From the IMG/VR virus record IMGVR_UViG_3300028833_003520: a DNA stretch of 64,000 bases, one strand, 5' to 3'. Positions 9,840-18,280 of the stretch are shown piece by piece. Under the pieces are notes generated by a model that was not told the DNA's origin, ran no database searches, and saw only the letters and a program-made list of their open reading frames with translations. Numbering within the stretch: position 1 is the stretch's first letter; every line of letters begins with the position of its first letter. The stretch comes from a virus. Lineage: Duplodnaviria > Caudoviricetes. A program made the position numbers and the translations under genes.

Positions 9840-10475
9840 ATGAGTGAATTTGATTTTTCTGTGGATATTTTGGACTTCGATAATGATGGTTTTTACAAGC
9901 CTTCAAAAATTGAAGATTGTAAATTCGATGAAGTTATTCCATTTCGTAAAGCACACGGCGAGAGTTTTCTCCCGATGGATGTTGAACGTATCAATGCGTC
10001 AATCGTTAAAGAGTGCGATAAATTAGTAAAAGTGTATGAAACTAAGGTTTCTTATAACGAAGCAACTCGTGACTGGTTAATTGATGTTAAGGATTATATG
10101 AATGGTCGTGATTTCAATGATGATAGTGTCGAAAATAGTTATAAGAGTGACATCATTGAAAGAGGTTTTACTCCCGAAAATATAGACGAGCATATTGATA
10201 AAGCAAAGCAAGATATAGAAGACGGTAAGCAGACTGTTAAGGATGCTGAAAAGGACTTCTATGAAAGAGTATGGAAGACTGAGGGTGAACTATGTGCAGC
10301 ATCAGGACATAATCTTGATAAAGCGACTTTCGAGTATCTTGGTAGTTCATACGAAGAGTTTAGGGTAAAGAAACTGAAAGACCATCAGGCGAAGATGGAA
10401 TCTCGAATGAAAAGAGCAGATAATCTCACTTCTAATATCGTCAAGGAGACTGAAGATGATAAACAGAAGGAGTGA
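9840..10475 (+). CDS. Acidic hypothetical protein
   Basis: AGGAG RBS; 211 aa; basic patch RMKRAD ~21 aa from the end. Confidence 0.8.
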   Translation: MSEFDFSVDILDFDNDGFYKPSKIEDCKFDEVIPFRKAHGESFLPMDVERINASIVKECDKLVKVYETKVSYNEATRDWLIDVKDYMNGRDFNDDSVENSYKSDIIERGFTPENIDEHIDKAKQDIEDGKQTVKDAEKDFYERVWKTEGELCAASGHNLDKATFEYLGSSYEEFRVKKLKDHQAKMESRMKRADNLTSNIVKETEDDKQKE

Positions 10476-10480
10476 CGATT

Positions 10481-11158
10481 ATGAGTCAAACAAACAGTTT
10501 TTTATCCCAAAACCGCCCTGCTCGTGGTGAAATTTTTTATGTTGTTCCTCAGGGTGAGGAAGTTAAGTTAGGAGAATTTGTCGGTGGCAGACCTGCTATT
10601 ATCGTTTCAAACGATATGAATAACGAGTTCAACGGTGTTGTTGAAGTAGTTTATATGACGAGGGAAGGTCATCATAAGAATGATTTGCCAACAGATGTAA
10701 AAATTCTCTCTACTGGACAGGCTTCGATAGCACTCTGTAATCAGATTTACACGGTTCATAAGAAGCGTATTGGTAAATATGTAGGACAGTGTACTATTTC
10801 TGAAATGAAAGCCATTGACAAAGCACTATCTGTCGGACTTTGTATGGACACAATTTTCAATCAGAAGAATATTGTCGAGACTCTTGATGAGTGGAAGAAA
10901 CGAGTGCGTCTGGAACCTGATGCAGATGAGATTGAAAACATTCCGTATGTTGAGCCGACTGAAGAAGAATTAGCGAAGGCTAAAGAAGCGAAAGAAAGAG
11001 CGAAAGTCCAGACAGTTCAGGCAAAAGAATCGGTTAAAAATAATGAAGCCGAGAATTCTGAAGCCATTATTAAATTGACGACAGAGCGAGATTTGTATAA
11101 GCAAATGTATCAAGAACTGTTAGCCAAGTGCGTTAAGGCTGGCGTGGATATCAGTTAA
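10481..11158 (+). CDS. PemK/MazF-family endoribonuclease with C-terminal coiled coil
   Basis: RGEIFYV...GGRPAIIVSNDMNN...ALCNQIYTVHKKRI...IDKAL. Confidence 0.85.
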   Translation: MSQTNSFLSQNRPARGEIFYVVPQGEEVKLGEFVGGRPAIIVSNDMNNEFNGVVEVVYMTREGHHKNDLPTDVKILSTGQASIALCNQIYTVHKKRIGKYVGQCTISEMKAIDKALSVGLCMDTIFNQKNIVETLDEWKKRVRLEPDADEIENIPYVEPTEEELAKAKEAKERAKVQTVQAKESVKNNEAENSEAIIKLTTERDLYKQMYQELLAKCVKAGVDIS

Positions 11159-11170
11159 GGAGCGTATGTT

Positions 11171-11362
11171 ATGGCGAAAAAGAAGAAGACAAAGCGTACA
11201 ATAACTCCTGAGCATCTTAAGGCTATGCAAGAAGGCAAGGCAAAGGCAGCAAGACATCGTAAGATTGTTGCAGATGCAGAAGGACTTGAAAAGCGTATGC
11301 GAGACGCAGAGCGAGAATCTGCAAAGCCTGTAAAGATAGGCAGAAAAAGGCATAGGTACTAA
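11171..11362 (+). CDS. Small basic hypothetical protein
   Basis: AAGGAG RBS; 63 aa, K/R-rich. Confidence 0.75.
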   Translation: MAKKKKTKRTITPEHLKAMQEGKAKAARHRKIVADAEGLEKRMRDAERESAKPVKIGRKRHRY

Positions 11363-11373
11363 TAAGCAAATGC

Positions 11374-11403
11374 TTGATATATCAAAAGTATTTGTCTTAT
11401 AAT
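11374..11403 (+). promoter_or_regulatory. Promoter with TTGATATATCAA palindrome over the -35
   Basis: TTGATA-18bp-TATAAT. Confidence 0.5.
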
Positions 11404-11438
11404 TACAAAGAAATCTTGAAGAAAGGAGATAATAACGA

Positions 11439-11753
11439 ATGTGTTATCTGAGAGTGGTTTGCGAATACAATGGTGAGAAAATCGGCGTTGAACGAACACT
11501 TACAAACACTTTTACAAATAACAATGGTGACGGTGTTATTGAGGAAGTGAAGTTCGTTCTTGGTAATATTCTTTACGGTATCGAAGTTCAGAATCATTGG
11601 TTTGTAACAGATGAAATCTTCAATATTCTTAAGCAGGATATGGAAGAGACTGGTAAGGCTCCTAAAGAGGATGCTGCTACAACACTTTATGAGGGCTATA
11701 TTTACGGCGTTTACTTTAGTATTAAGCACCTTTATAAGTCTTCTATTCTTTAA
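11439..11753 (+). CDS. Hypothetical protein
   Basis: AAAGGAG RBS; 104 aa. Confidence 0.75.
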   Translation: MCYLRVVCEYNGEKIGVERTLTNTFTNNNGDGVIEEVKFVLGNILYGIEVQNHWFVTDEIFNILKQDMEETGKAPKEDAATTLYEGYIYGVYFSIKHLYKSSIL

Positions 11754-11767
11754 CGAATTTACAAGAG

Positions 11768-11805
11768 TAACGGGTTTGTCGGTGTTTGATGAACCCGTTA
11801 TTTTT
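11768..11805 (+). terminator. Terminator hairpin with TGTCGGTGTTTGAT cap (copy B)
   Basis: TAACGGGTT-cap-AACCCGTTA-TTTTT. Confidence 0.75.
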
Positions 11806-11807
11806 GG

Positions 11808-11836
11808 TTGACTTTATCCATATATGGTGCTATAGT
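11808..11836 (+). promoter_or_regulatory. Sigma-A promoter with CCATATATGG palindrome (copy 2)
   Basis: TTGACT-17bp-TATAGT; palindrome at 11818-11827. Confidence 0.85.
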
Positions 11837-11877
11837 AATTTCGTAGTACAAGTTTCTGTTTAAGGAGGAAAACTTTT

Positions 11878-12423
11878 ATGGCAGATGATAACAGGCAGGA
11901 AATGATTGATTTACGTCAATCTATTAACCTTCTTAATACCACTATCGAAGGACTTCAGAGTGAAGTTAAGAAGATGAACGAGCGTCTCGATAAGATTTCT
12001 GAGAATACTAAGGACACAGTTACGGCTGTTAAAGAGAATACTCAGTACACTGTTAAGTCGGGTAACTCTATTGTTAGTGCTGTTGATAAGAATACTGAGG
12101 CAACGAAGAATGGTGCTGAAAGAGTAGCAGGCGTTGTTCTCGAAGGTTCTGAGGCTCGTAGGGCGTTCTTTGACCAAATTTTAGCGGCTCAGAGACAGCA
12201 GCAGATGGCGAACGGTGGTCCTGGTATTGCAAAGGAAAGCCTCAATGCTGACCAGTTAAAGCATTTTGCTTCACTTGGTAAGACAGCAGACGACCTTCCT
12301 GCAAACATTAAGTTGGCAGATGGCGTTAACGGTAAGAAAGGTGTGAACCTTAATATCCGTCAGAGACGTACTCCTGATGTTCCCACAAGTGGTGAGGGAC
12401 CTGCTTCTCCGCAGATGGAGTAA
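11878..12423 (+). CDS. Coiled-coil hypothetical protein with RRTPDVP tail
   Basis: AAGGAGG RBS; ends RQRRTPDVPTSGEGPASPQME. Confidence 0.85.
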   Translation: MADDNRQEMIDLRQSINLLNTTIEGLQSEVKKMNERLDKISENTKDTVTAVKENTQYTVKSGNSIVSAVDKNTEATKNGAERVAGVVLEGSEARRAFFDQILAAQRQQQMANGGPGIAKESLNADQLKHFASLGKTADDLPANIKLADGVNGKKGVNLNIRQRRTPDVPTSGEGPASPQME

Positions 12424-12443
12424 TCAATCTAAAACACTTATAG

Positions 12444-12474
12444 TAAGGGCTTATCGTAAGGTAAGCCCTTATTT
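12444..12474 (+). terminator. Intrinsic terminator
   Basis: TAAGGGCTTATC-GTAA-GGTAAGCCCTTA-TTT. Confidence 0.7.
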
Positions 12475-12479
12475 ATGGG

Positions 12480-12508
12480 TTGACTTTCTCCATATATGGC
12501 GTTATACT
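12480..12508 (+). promoter_or_regulatory. Sigma-A promoter with CCATATATGG palindrome (copy 3)
   Basis: TTGACT-17bp-TATACT; palindrome at 12490-12499. Confidence 0.85.
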
Positions 12509-12547
12509 GATTTTAAGTTAAAAATCTATGTTTGAAGGAGATAGATT

Positions 12548-14140
12548 ATGAAGTATTCTTGCAATAATACGACTTTCAACGGTGTTCGTGTAAACGATAC
12601 TATTGATGAGTTTAGACGAGATAAATATACGAATGAAGATTATAAAGGGTACTTTGCTCGTCTTGTAGCCGTAGGCGAGAGACCGTATGATGTTCAAAAG
12701 ATTGGTGCTTCCAATGAGCGTTGTGATGCGGCGATTGCTATATTCTCAGAGCACGAGCCTTACAGGGCTATTTATGCTGTACCGCTTCCTGAAAAGTATG
12801 GTGAGTATGAGCGTGAAGATGGCACAAAAACTGCAAAGTTTAATAAGCCGTTATCAGAGTTCTGGGAGAAAGCAAGGAACTATAATATCGAAATCAATGA
12901 GAATAATCCGTTCATTGTTGATGCCAAGTTTAAGATAAAAGTTGGTAATACCAATGTCACTTATAATGGTCCTGTTGCTGTTACATCAAGATGGAACATC
13001 AATGATGATTTCAAGGGTTGTGTTGATGAGAAGACAGGCAAGACAAATTTAGATAATGTTAATGATGTTATGTATAAACATCAGAATAGTCTGATTTGCA
13101 CTTGTCTTGAAGACAATGGTATGTTCAAAAAGGGCAATATCATTGTGGCTGAACCTGGTGGCATCTATGATGTCAGTGTTAATAAGGTTTATACAGGCAA
13201 CAACAAAGGCACAAAGGAATATCTTGACTTTGTGGGTGATGTTGAAGCCAATCGTTATGAGTCTATCTCGAAGATGAGAGCCGATGCAAAACAGGCAAGA
13301 CACGAAGCCTATGAAGCAGAGGTATTGAGACTTAAGAGATATCAACGTGAGGCTGGTCTTGAAGGTCGTACAGCGTTTGAGAACAACGATACACCGTATG
13401 CAAAGATTACTTTGCGTGATATGAGAGACGATATGGTATCGCCTTATTACAAAGGTTATGTCGCTCTTGTAGATAAGCCTGGTTATCGTGACGGAGAATA
13501 TGACGAATATTATCGTCTTAAGAACTTAAAGACTGATTTGGCAGACCATAGATTAACTATGGGTGGTCGTGATTATGTCAACGGTGATTGGATGTCAGTT
13601 TACGAAGATAATCTCTTTGTAGATGAAGTCATCACAAAAGACCATCCTGAATATGCAAAATGTCAGGCTTTGGAAAAGCAGTTTGACGATATGCACGCTA
13701 ACGCACCTTATGAAATTACGGGTGTTATTTACGGTATTGATGCAACTTATGCTGATTATGATAAGGATAAGGTATATCCTCATTATGAACAGATTGAGGA
13801 GAAGACTTGGACTCCTAAAGATGTGCATTCTCTTGAGGATGCAGAGAAGTGGATTCTTAAGAATCACCCTGATTATTATATCGGATTTAGTGCATCGCAA
13901 AAGTGCCCAAGCGGTAATTTCCGTTGTGGAGCCGTACCTGGCTTCTATGGAAGAGAGGTAAGCGAAACTTATGAATCTCGAAGGAAATTTGCACAAGCAG
14001 AGGCAGATAAGTTAGGTGTTACTCTTGGACCTGTAGAACACGACAAAGACGGTAAGTTAATCGCACCTTCTTCAAGAAGAAGACTTCCTGATGTTCCGAA
14101 TGCAGGAGTTGATAATGATAAACAATATGGAGAGGAGTAA
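12548..14140 (+). CDS. Hypothetical protein with RRLPDVP...YGEE tail
   Basis: AAGGAG RBS; 530 aa. Confidence 0.85.
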   Translation: MKYSCNNTTFNGVRVNDTIDEFRRDKYTNEDYKGYFARLVAVGERPYDVQKIGASNERCDAAIAIFSEHEPYRAIYAVPLPEKYGEYEREDGTKTAKFNKPLSEFWEKARNYNIEINENNPFIVDAKFKIKVGNTNVTYNGPVAVTSRWNINDDFKGCVDEKTGKTNLDNVNDVMYKHQNSLICTCLEDNGMFKKGNIIVAEPGGIYDVSVNKVYTGNNKGTKEYLDFVGDVEANRYESISKMRADAKQARHEAYEAEVLRLKRYQREAGLEGRTAFENNDTPYAKITLRDMRDDMVSPYYKGYVALVDKPGYRDGEYDEYYRLKNLKTDLADHRLTMGGRDYVNGDWMSVYEDNLFVDEVITKDHPEYAKCQALEKQFDDMHANAPYEITGVIYGIDATYADYDKDKVYPHYEQIEEKTWTPKDVHSLEDAEKWILKNHPDYYIGFSASQKCPSGNFRCGAVPGFYGREVSETYESRRKFAQAEADKLGVTLGPVEHDKDGKLIAPSSRRRLPDVPNAGVDNDKQYGEE

Positions 14141-14145
14141 ATAAA

Positions 14146-14505
14146 ATGGCTAACGAGAATGTTGCATACACCATATTCAAAGATAGTCACGGACGTGAAA
14201 AGTTTCGTGGTCTTTGGGATAACAACGGTGTTCCAACGCCTGTTGAAGTTAGACTTGATTATGGTAAGCATAAATGGACTGATAAAGAGATTATGTCTCT
14301 TCTGAAAGGCGAGGAAGTCCAATTAGACTCGTTTGAAACGAAGGGTGGTAATCAGATGCCTATTTCGGGCAAACTCGGTCCTCAGTCTTATATGGGTCGC
14401 CCATATATAGGCTTTGTAAGGACAGATGCAGAAGCCACAAAACGAAGACTCCCTGAAGTTGGTGGAGTAGAACCTACACAGCCTCAGGCAGAAATGGAGG
14501 GATAA
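14146..14505 (+). CDS. Small protein resembling a topoisomerase C-terminal repeat, with RRLP tail
   Basis: WTDKEIMSLLKGEEV...FETKGGN..ISGKL resembles Toprim_Crpt repeats; ends KRRLPEV...EMEG. Confidence 0.55.
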   Translation: MANENVAYTIFKDSHGREKFRGLWDNNGVPTPVEVRLDYGKHKWTDKEIMSLLKGEEVQLDSFETKGGNQMPISGKLGPQSYMGRPYIGFVRTDAEATKRRLPEVGGVEPTQPQAEMEG

Positions 14506-14509
14506 GCCT

Positions 14510-15124
14510 ATGTCTTCTGAATCTTTACGTCCAGATAATCCACAAAAGTCAATGCCATTTAGATTGGTTGATTTACAGAGACCAAGAAACGGTATTGATT
14601 TAACTCGCAGAAGTGTTATTTACGAAGGTCAGGAATATTTCGTAAGAATTGGTGCATATTCAAAAGGACAGATGGCGTTGCGTTTTGAAGCGAAGAATGC
14701 GGAAGCATTCAAGCCAGGTGTTGTCCAGAGTTCTGTTAAGCCTATCAGGGTTACTTGGAACTTGGGTAACTATATAGGAAGAGAACGTCCTATGCCGAAG
14801 AATAGCAGTTTTTTGAATACGCCCGAATTTCCTGGCATTGAGGATTTTGTTATGAGTACGGGAGTAGCAAAACCTGTACTTCGTAATGGAGAACAAGTTG
14901 TACGCTGTCATAGAGCCAACAATGAGTGGTATCCTGCTTATGAATTTGACGAGAAGAAGTTGAGAATATTAGACCCCGAAGGGTATGAGCGTTATTCTCA
15001 ATCTTATGATAGGCAGGCAGCCGAGGAAGAGAAGATGAAGACAGCAAGGCTGTCAAGACGACACGGTTCTTGTCCTCAGTTGGAAACATATGACGAGGTT
15101 GTCTTGGACGACGCACAGTTCTAA
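14510..15124 (+). CDS. DUF4313-like protein
   Basis: YSKGQMAL, VTWNL, FLNTPEFPGIEDFV..GVAKP, YPAYEF pattern. Confidence 0.55.
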   Translation: MSSESLRPDNPQKSMPFRLVDLQRPRNGIDLTRRSVIYEGQEYFVRIGAYSKGQMALRFEAKNAEAFKPGVVQSSVKPIRVTWNLGNYIGRERPMPKNSSFLNTPEFPGIEDFVMSTGVAKPVLRNGEQVVRCHRANNEWYPAYEFDEKKLRILDPEGYERYSQSYDRQAAEEEKMKTARLSRRHGSCPQLETYDEVVLDDAQF

Positions 15125-15142
15125 AAGCCTTTATTTTATTAG

Positions 15143-15194
15143 TTGTCAAATACTCATTTATATGGTAAAATCTCCTTATAAATGAGTATTTTTT
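15143..15194 (+). promoter_or_regulatory. Promoter overlapped by a long inverted repeat (also terminator-like)
   Basis: TTGTCA-17bp-TAAAAT; AATACTCATTTATA...TATAAATGAGTATT then T-tract. Confidence 0.55.
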
Positions 15195-15209
15195 ATTGGA
15201 GTTAGTGAG

Positions 15210-15353
15210 ATGATTGTAGCACTTATATTAACGATTGTTGGATTGTTTTCTGCATCGTATTTCGTGACAGATTGTTTTTGGAAGCGTGATTTCAAAAAGA
15301 TGGAACGAGAAGCAACACCAGAGTGTAAGTGTAAGGTTACTCCAATAAGATAA
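15210..15353 (+). CDS. Small membrane peptide (47 aa, not in ORF track)
   Basis: GGAG upstream; MIVALILTIVGLFSASYFV...; fills the gap before the next gene. Confidence 0.6.
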   Translation: MIVALILTIVGLFSASYFVTDCFWKRDFKKMEREATPECKCKVTPIR

Positions 15354-15364
15354 GGAGTTTAGAG

Positions 15365-16465
15365 ATGAATATAAAGTGCCCACATTGTAATAAGCAGTTC
15401 TCGTTGGATTCGTCTGATGCGTCTGAGATTATATCTCAGGTAAGAACGAGCGAATTTGAGAGCGAAGTTAACAGACGAGTAAATAGCGAAGTTAAGGTCG
15501 CTGTTATGGAGAGTAAGCAAGACTCTATGTCGAAGATTTCTGACCTTCAGATTGCCTTAAAGCAGGCTGAAAGTGAGAAAGAATTGGCAGTTATTAAAGC
15601 CGAAACCGCTTTGCGTGCGGATTATGAAGCCAAGTTAAGGGATAAGCAGACCGAACTCGATTACTATAAGGATTTCAAGACGAAGCAGTCAACCAAAATG
15701 GTTGGCGAGTCTTTGGAGCGTTATTGTTCTGACGAGTTCAACAAAGTGCGTATGATGGCGTTCCCGAACGCTTACTTTGAGAAGGATAACGAAGTGTCAA
15801 AAACTGGTTCAAAGGGCGACTTTGTTTACAGAGAATTTGACGAGGAAGGCGTAGAACTTCTGTCTATTATGTTCGAAATGAAGAACGAAATGGACACAAC
15901 TGAGAAGAAGCACAAGAATGAGGATTTTTTCAAAGAACTTGATAAAGATAGAAAGGAGAAGAATTGCGAATACGCAATTTTGGTATCGCTTCTTGAAGCA
16001 GATAGTCCTTTATATAATCAAGGAATTGTGGACGTATCATATAAATATGATAAGATGTACGTAGTTCGCCCTCAATTCTTTATAGCGATTATCAGTGTTT
16101 TGAGAAACGCTGCTTTGGCATCTTTGGAGACAAAGCGAGAACTTCAGAGAGTTCGTAATCAGAATATTGATATAACGAACTTTGAGGCTGAACTGAATAA
16201 ATTCAAAGACGGGTTTGCCTACAATTATACTCAAGCATCGAAGCGTTTTAACGAGGCAATAGACGAGATAGATAAGACGATTGCTCATCTGCAGAAGGTT
16301 AAAGATGCATTGACAAATTGTGATAGACAGTTAAGGCTTGCAAACGACAAGGCTGACGGCATAACAATTAAGAGGCTTTGTAGGAATAATCCGACGATGA
16401 GTGAAAAGTTCAAGGAGTTACGAGAGAATGGAGAAACAAATACACAGGTGCCCGATTTGCCATAA
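15365..16465 (+). CDS. DUF2130 family protein
   Basis: IKCPHC, STKMVGESLE, KGDF, IMFEMKNE, CEYAILVSLLE, YVVRPQFF. Confidence 0.85.
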   Translation: MNIKCPHCNKQFSLDSSDASEIISQVRTSEFESEVNRRVNSEVKVAVMESKQDSMSKISDLQIALKQAESEKELAVIKAETALRADYEAKLRDKQTELDYYKDFKTKQSTKMVGESLERYCSDEFNKVRMMAFPNAYFEKDNEVSKTGSKGDFVYREFDEEGVELLSIMFEMKNEMDTTEKKHKNEDFFKELDKDRKEKNCEYAILVSLLEADSPLYNQGIVDVSYKYDKMYVVRPQFFIAIISVLRNAALASLETKRELQRVRNQNIDITNFEAELNKFKDGFAYNYTQASKRFNEAIDEIDKTIAHLQKVKDALTNCDRQLRLANDKADGITIKRLCRNNPTMSEKFKELRENGETNTQVPDLP

Positions 16466-16628
16466 CGAGAGAATGGAAGTTGGAGTATGTTATCGAAAAT
16501 ATGATGTGTTTGCGTATAACATATATTGCCCGAAATGCAATTTCACAGGTAGGTCGTATAGGATGCGATATAAAGCGATTGATAAGTGGAATGCATTGTG
16601 TAAACAATTTGAATCTGCGGCTGTATAA
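16428..16628 (+). CDS. Lar (restriction alleviation)-like Zn-ribbon protein
   Basis: CPIC...CPKC...AIDKWN pattern. Confidence 0.55.
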   Translation: MEKQIHRCPICHNERMEVGVCYRKYDVFAYNIYCPKCNFTGRSYRMRYKAIDKWNALCKQFESAAV

Positions 16629-16664
16629 CGGCGGTGGAAATATATCCTGAGGGGGATTAGGAAA

Positions 16665-16937
16665 ATGAAAAAGAGGAAGATGAAGGAAAGTACGGTGCAG
16701 TTACTTGGTGCATTATTTTTCTTTCTTTGGGGAACAATGCTGTTAATCGGCGGAATACTTGATGTGCCTATTTGTTCATATTACGGATGGGTCAATTGGC
16801 TTGTTGATAAACTGGGAGTGTCAGTGGTCTGTACGGCGTGTGCATTGTTCTGTTATGTTCTGTCAGGCGTTTGTGTTAAACAAGCGTTTGAAGAACAGAA
16901 GAACGAATTAAAAGAAGCATCGGTATCTGATACTTAA
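16665..16937 (+). CDS. Small two-TM membrane protein
   Basis: Two hydrophobic segments. Confidence 0.7.
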   Translation: MKKRKMKESTVQLLGALFFFLWGTMLLIGGILDVPICSYYGWVNWLVDKLGVSVVCTACALFCYVLSGVCVKQAFEEQKNELKEASVSDT

Positions 16938-16970
16938 TTACGACTAACCAAACTTTATACTCATCTCACG

Positions 16971-17011
16971 AAATTAGAACTGTGTCGGTGTTTGATGCAG
17001 TTCTAATTTTT
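16971..17011 (+). terminator. Terminator hairpin with TGTCGGTGTTTGAT cap (copy C)
   Basis: AAATTAGAACTG-cap-CAGTTCTAATTT-TT. Confidence 0.75.
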
Positions 17012-17013
17012 GA

Positions 17014-17042
17014 TTGACAATCTCCATATATGGCGTTATACT
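17014..17042 (+). promoter_or_regulatory. Sigma-A promoter with CCATATATGG palindrome (copy 4)
   Basis: TTGACA-17bp-TATACT; palindrome at 17024-17033. Confidence 0.88.
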
Positions 17043-17089
17043 AATTTTAAGTTGTAAAACTATGTTTTGACTTAAAAGGAGAATTTAAT

Positions 17090-17407
17090 ATGGCATTTTC
17101 ACAGTCATCATTGAATAGTCATAAAGATTTGGCAACAAGTGGTATTTCTGAAGAAGAATGGATGAAAGACGATTCTTTGGTTAAAACAAGTGATTTAACT
17201 GAGGAACAGAAGGTTCGTCTTGATAAGATAATGCAACCACCTGTATCAAGATTTAATTCACAGATACGTAAGCGTTTGCAAACTTCTCCAAGACAGGAGA
17301 GGTCAGATTTTATCATTATAAATGAGAAGCCGTCTAATAGAAGGCTGCCTAACTTACCTTCACAATTGACGAGTGATAGAGATTTAGGAGACGATTTTGA
17401 TGGATAA
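17090..17407 (+). CDS. Hypothetical protein with RRLPNLP tail
   Basis: AAGGAG RBS; 105 aa. Confidence 0.8.
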   Translation: MAFSQSSLNSHKDLATSGISEEEWMKDDSLVKTSDLTEEQKVRLDKIMQPPVSRFNSQIRKRLQTSPRQERSDFIIINEKPSNRRLPNLPSQLTSDRDLGDDFDG

Positions 17408-17410
17408 GGC

Positions 17411-17436
17411 TATGGCGTTATACTGATTTTAAGTTG
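17411..17436 (+). repeat. Truncated copy of the palindrome promoter (3' half only)
   Basis: TATGGCGTTATACTGATTTTAAGTTG: 25/26 identical to 17029-17054; its first 25 nt match 12495-12519. Confidence 0.85.
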
Positions 17437-17465
17437 GGAATCTATGAGCAAGAGAGGAAAAGTCT

Positions 17466-18266
17466 ATGACAAGTAATAACCGTCAATTAAAAGCAACACC
17501 TTCTGGTGGTGATATGAACAGCAAAGAACCTAATATGTTTACGTTCTATGTTGATAATTACGGTAGTTATCCTCAAAATAAGCCTGACAGTATCGCTCTG
17601 TATGGTAAAGAGAATATTCCGTTCTTGAAGGATAAGAGCATTGATGAAATCAAGAATGCTCATATGTACTGGGGCAGTGATGAGGCGAGAAGTAGGGAAC
17701 TTTTAGGTATGTATAACGGTGATACGATGGTACTTTTCGGTGATATTGAAAAGTTACCTACAGAGTATAAGCACGATGCCGAATTGATGACACCAAAGTA
17801 TGTTGCAGAGCGTGTACAGAAATCGAAGATGATGAATGTGTATGCTCCTGATGATTTATCGAAAAACTCTTTTTATCTTATTACTTTGGGTAGCAAGGAC
17901 GAAGATGGTGAGGTTTTCCCTGGCATTGAGAGATTTAATCCTGACTATGAGGGAGAGAGTGTTGATGATATTACAAATCATCTTTGTGAGTTCCTTTCAC
18001 AGACAGACAAGGCTTATGTAGATAATCAGAAGTGGGTTCACGAAGTTTACGAAGGAAAAGACCAAGTTTTCGGTAAGTATGTTAACGATATTAGTGATAA
18101 AACGATGAATAAAATCTATGAGGAAATCAAGGGCTATGGTAAGGCATCAGAGATACCTACCATTAAGTCACAGGTAGTAGATTTAAGAAAGAGTCAGAGG
18201 GCAAATCGTAGATTGCCTGATGTACCCGATGTGCAGAATGATAATGAAAAGCAATGTGGAGAGTGA
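17466..18266 (+). CDS. Hypothetical protein with RRLPDVP...QCGE tail
   Basis: GAGG RBS; 266 aa. Confidence 0.85.
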   Translation: MTSNNRQLKATPSGGDMNSKEPNMFTFYVDNYGSYPQNKPDSIALYGKENIPFLKDKSIDEIKNAHMYWGSDEARSRELLGMYNGDTMVLFGDIEKLPTEYKHDAELMTPKYVAERVQKSKMMNVYAPDDLSKNSFYLITLGSKDEDGEVFPGIERFNPDYEGESVDDITNHLCEFLSQTDKAYVDNQKWVHEVYEGKDQVFGKYVNDISDKTMNKIYEEIKGYGKASEIPTIKSQVVDLRKSQRANRRLPDVPDVQNDNEKQCGE

Positions 18267-18280
18267 AAGGAGATTAGCGT

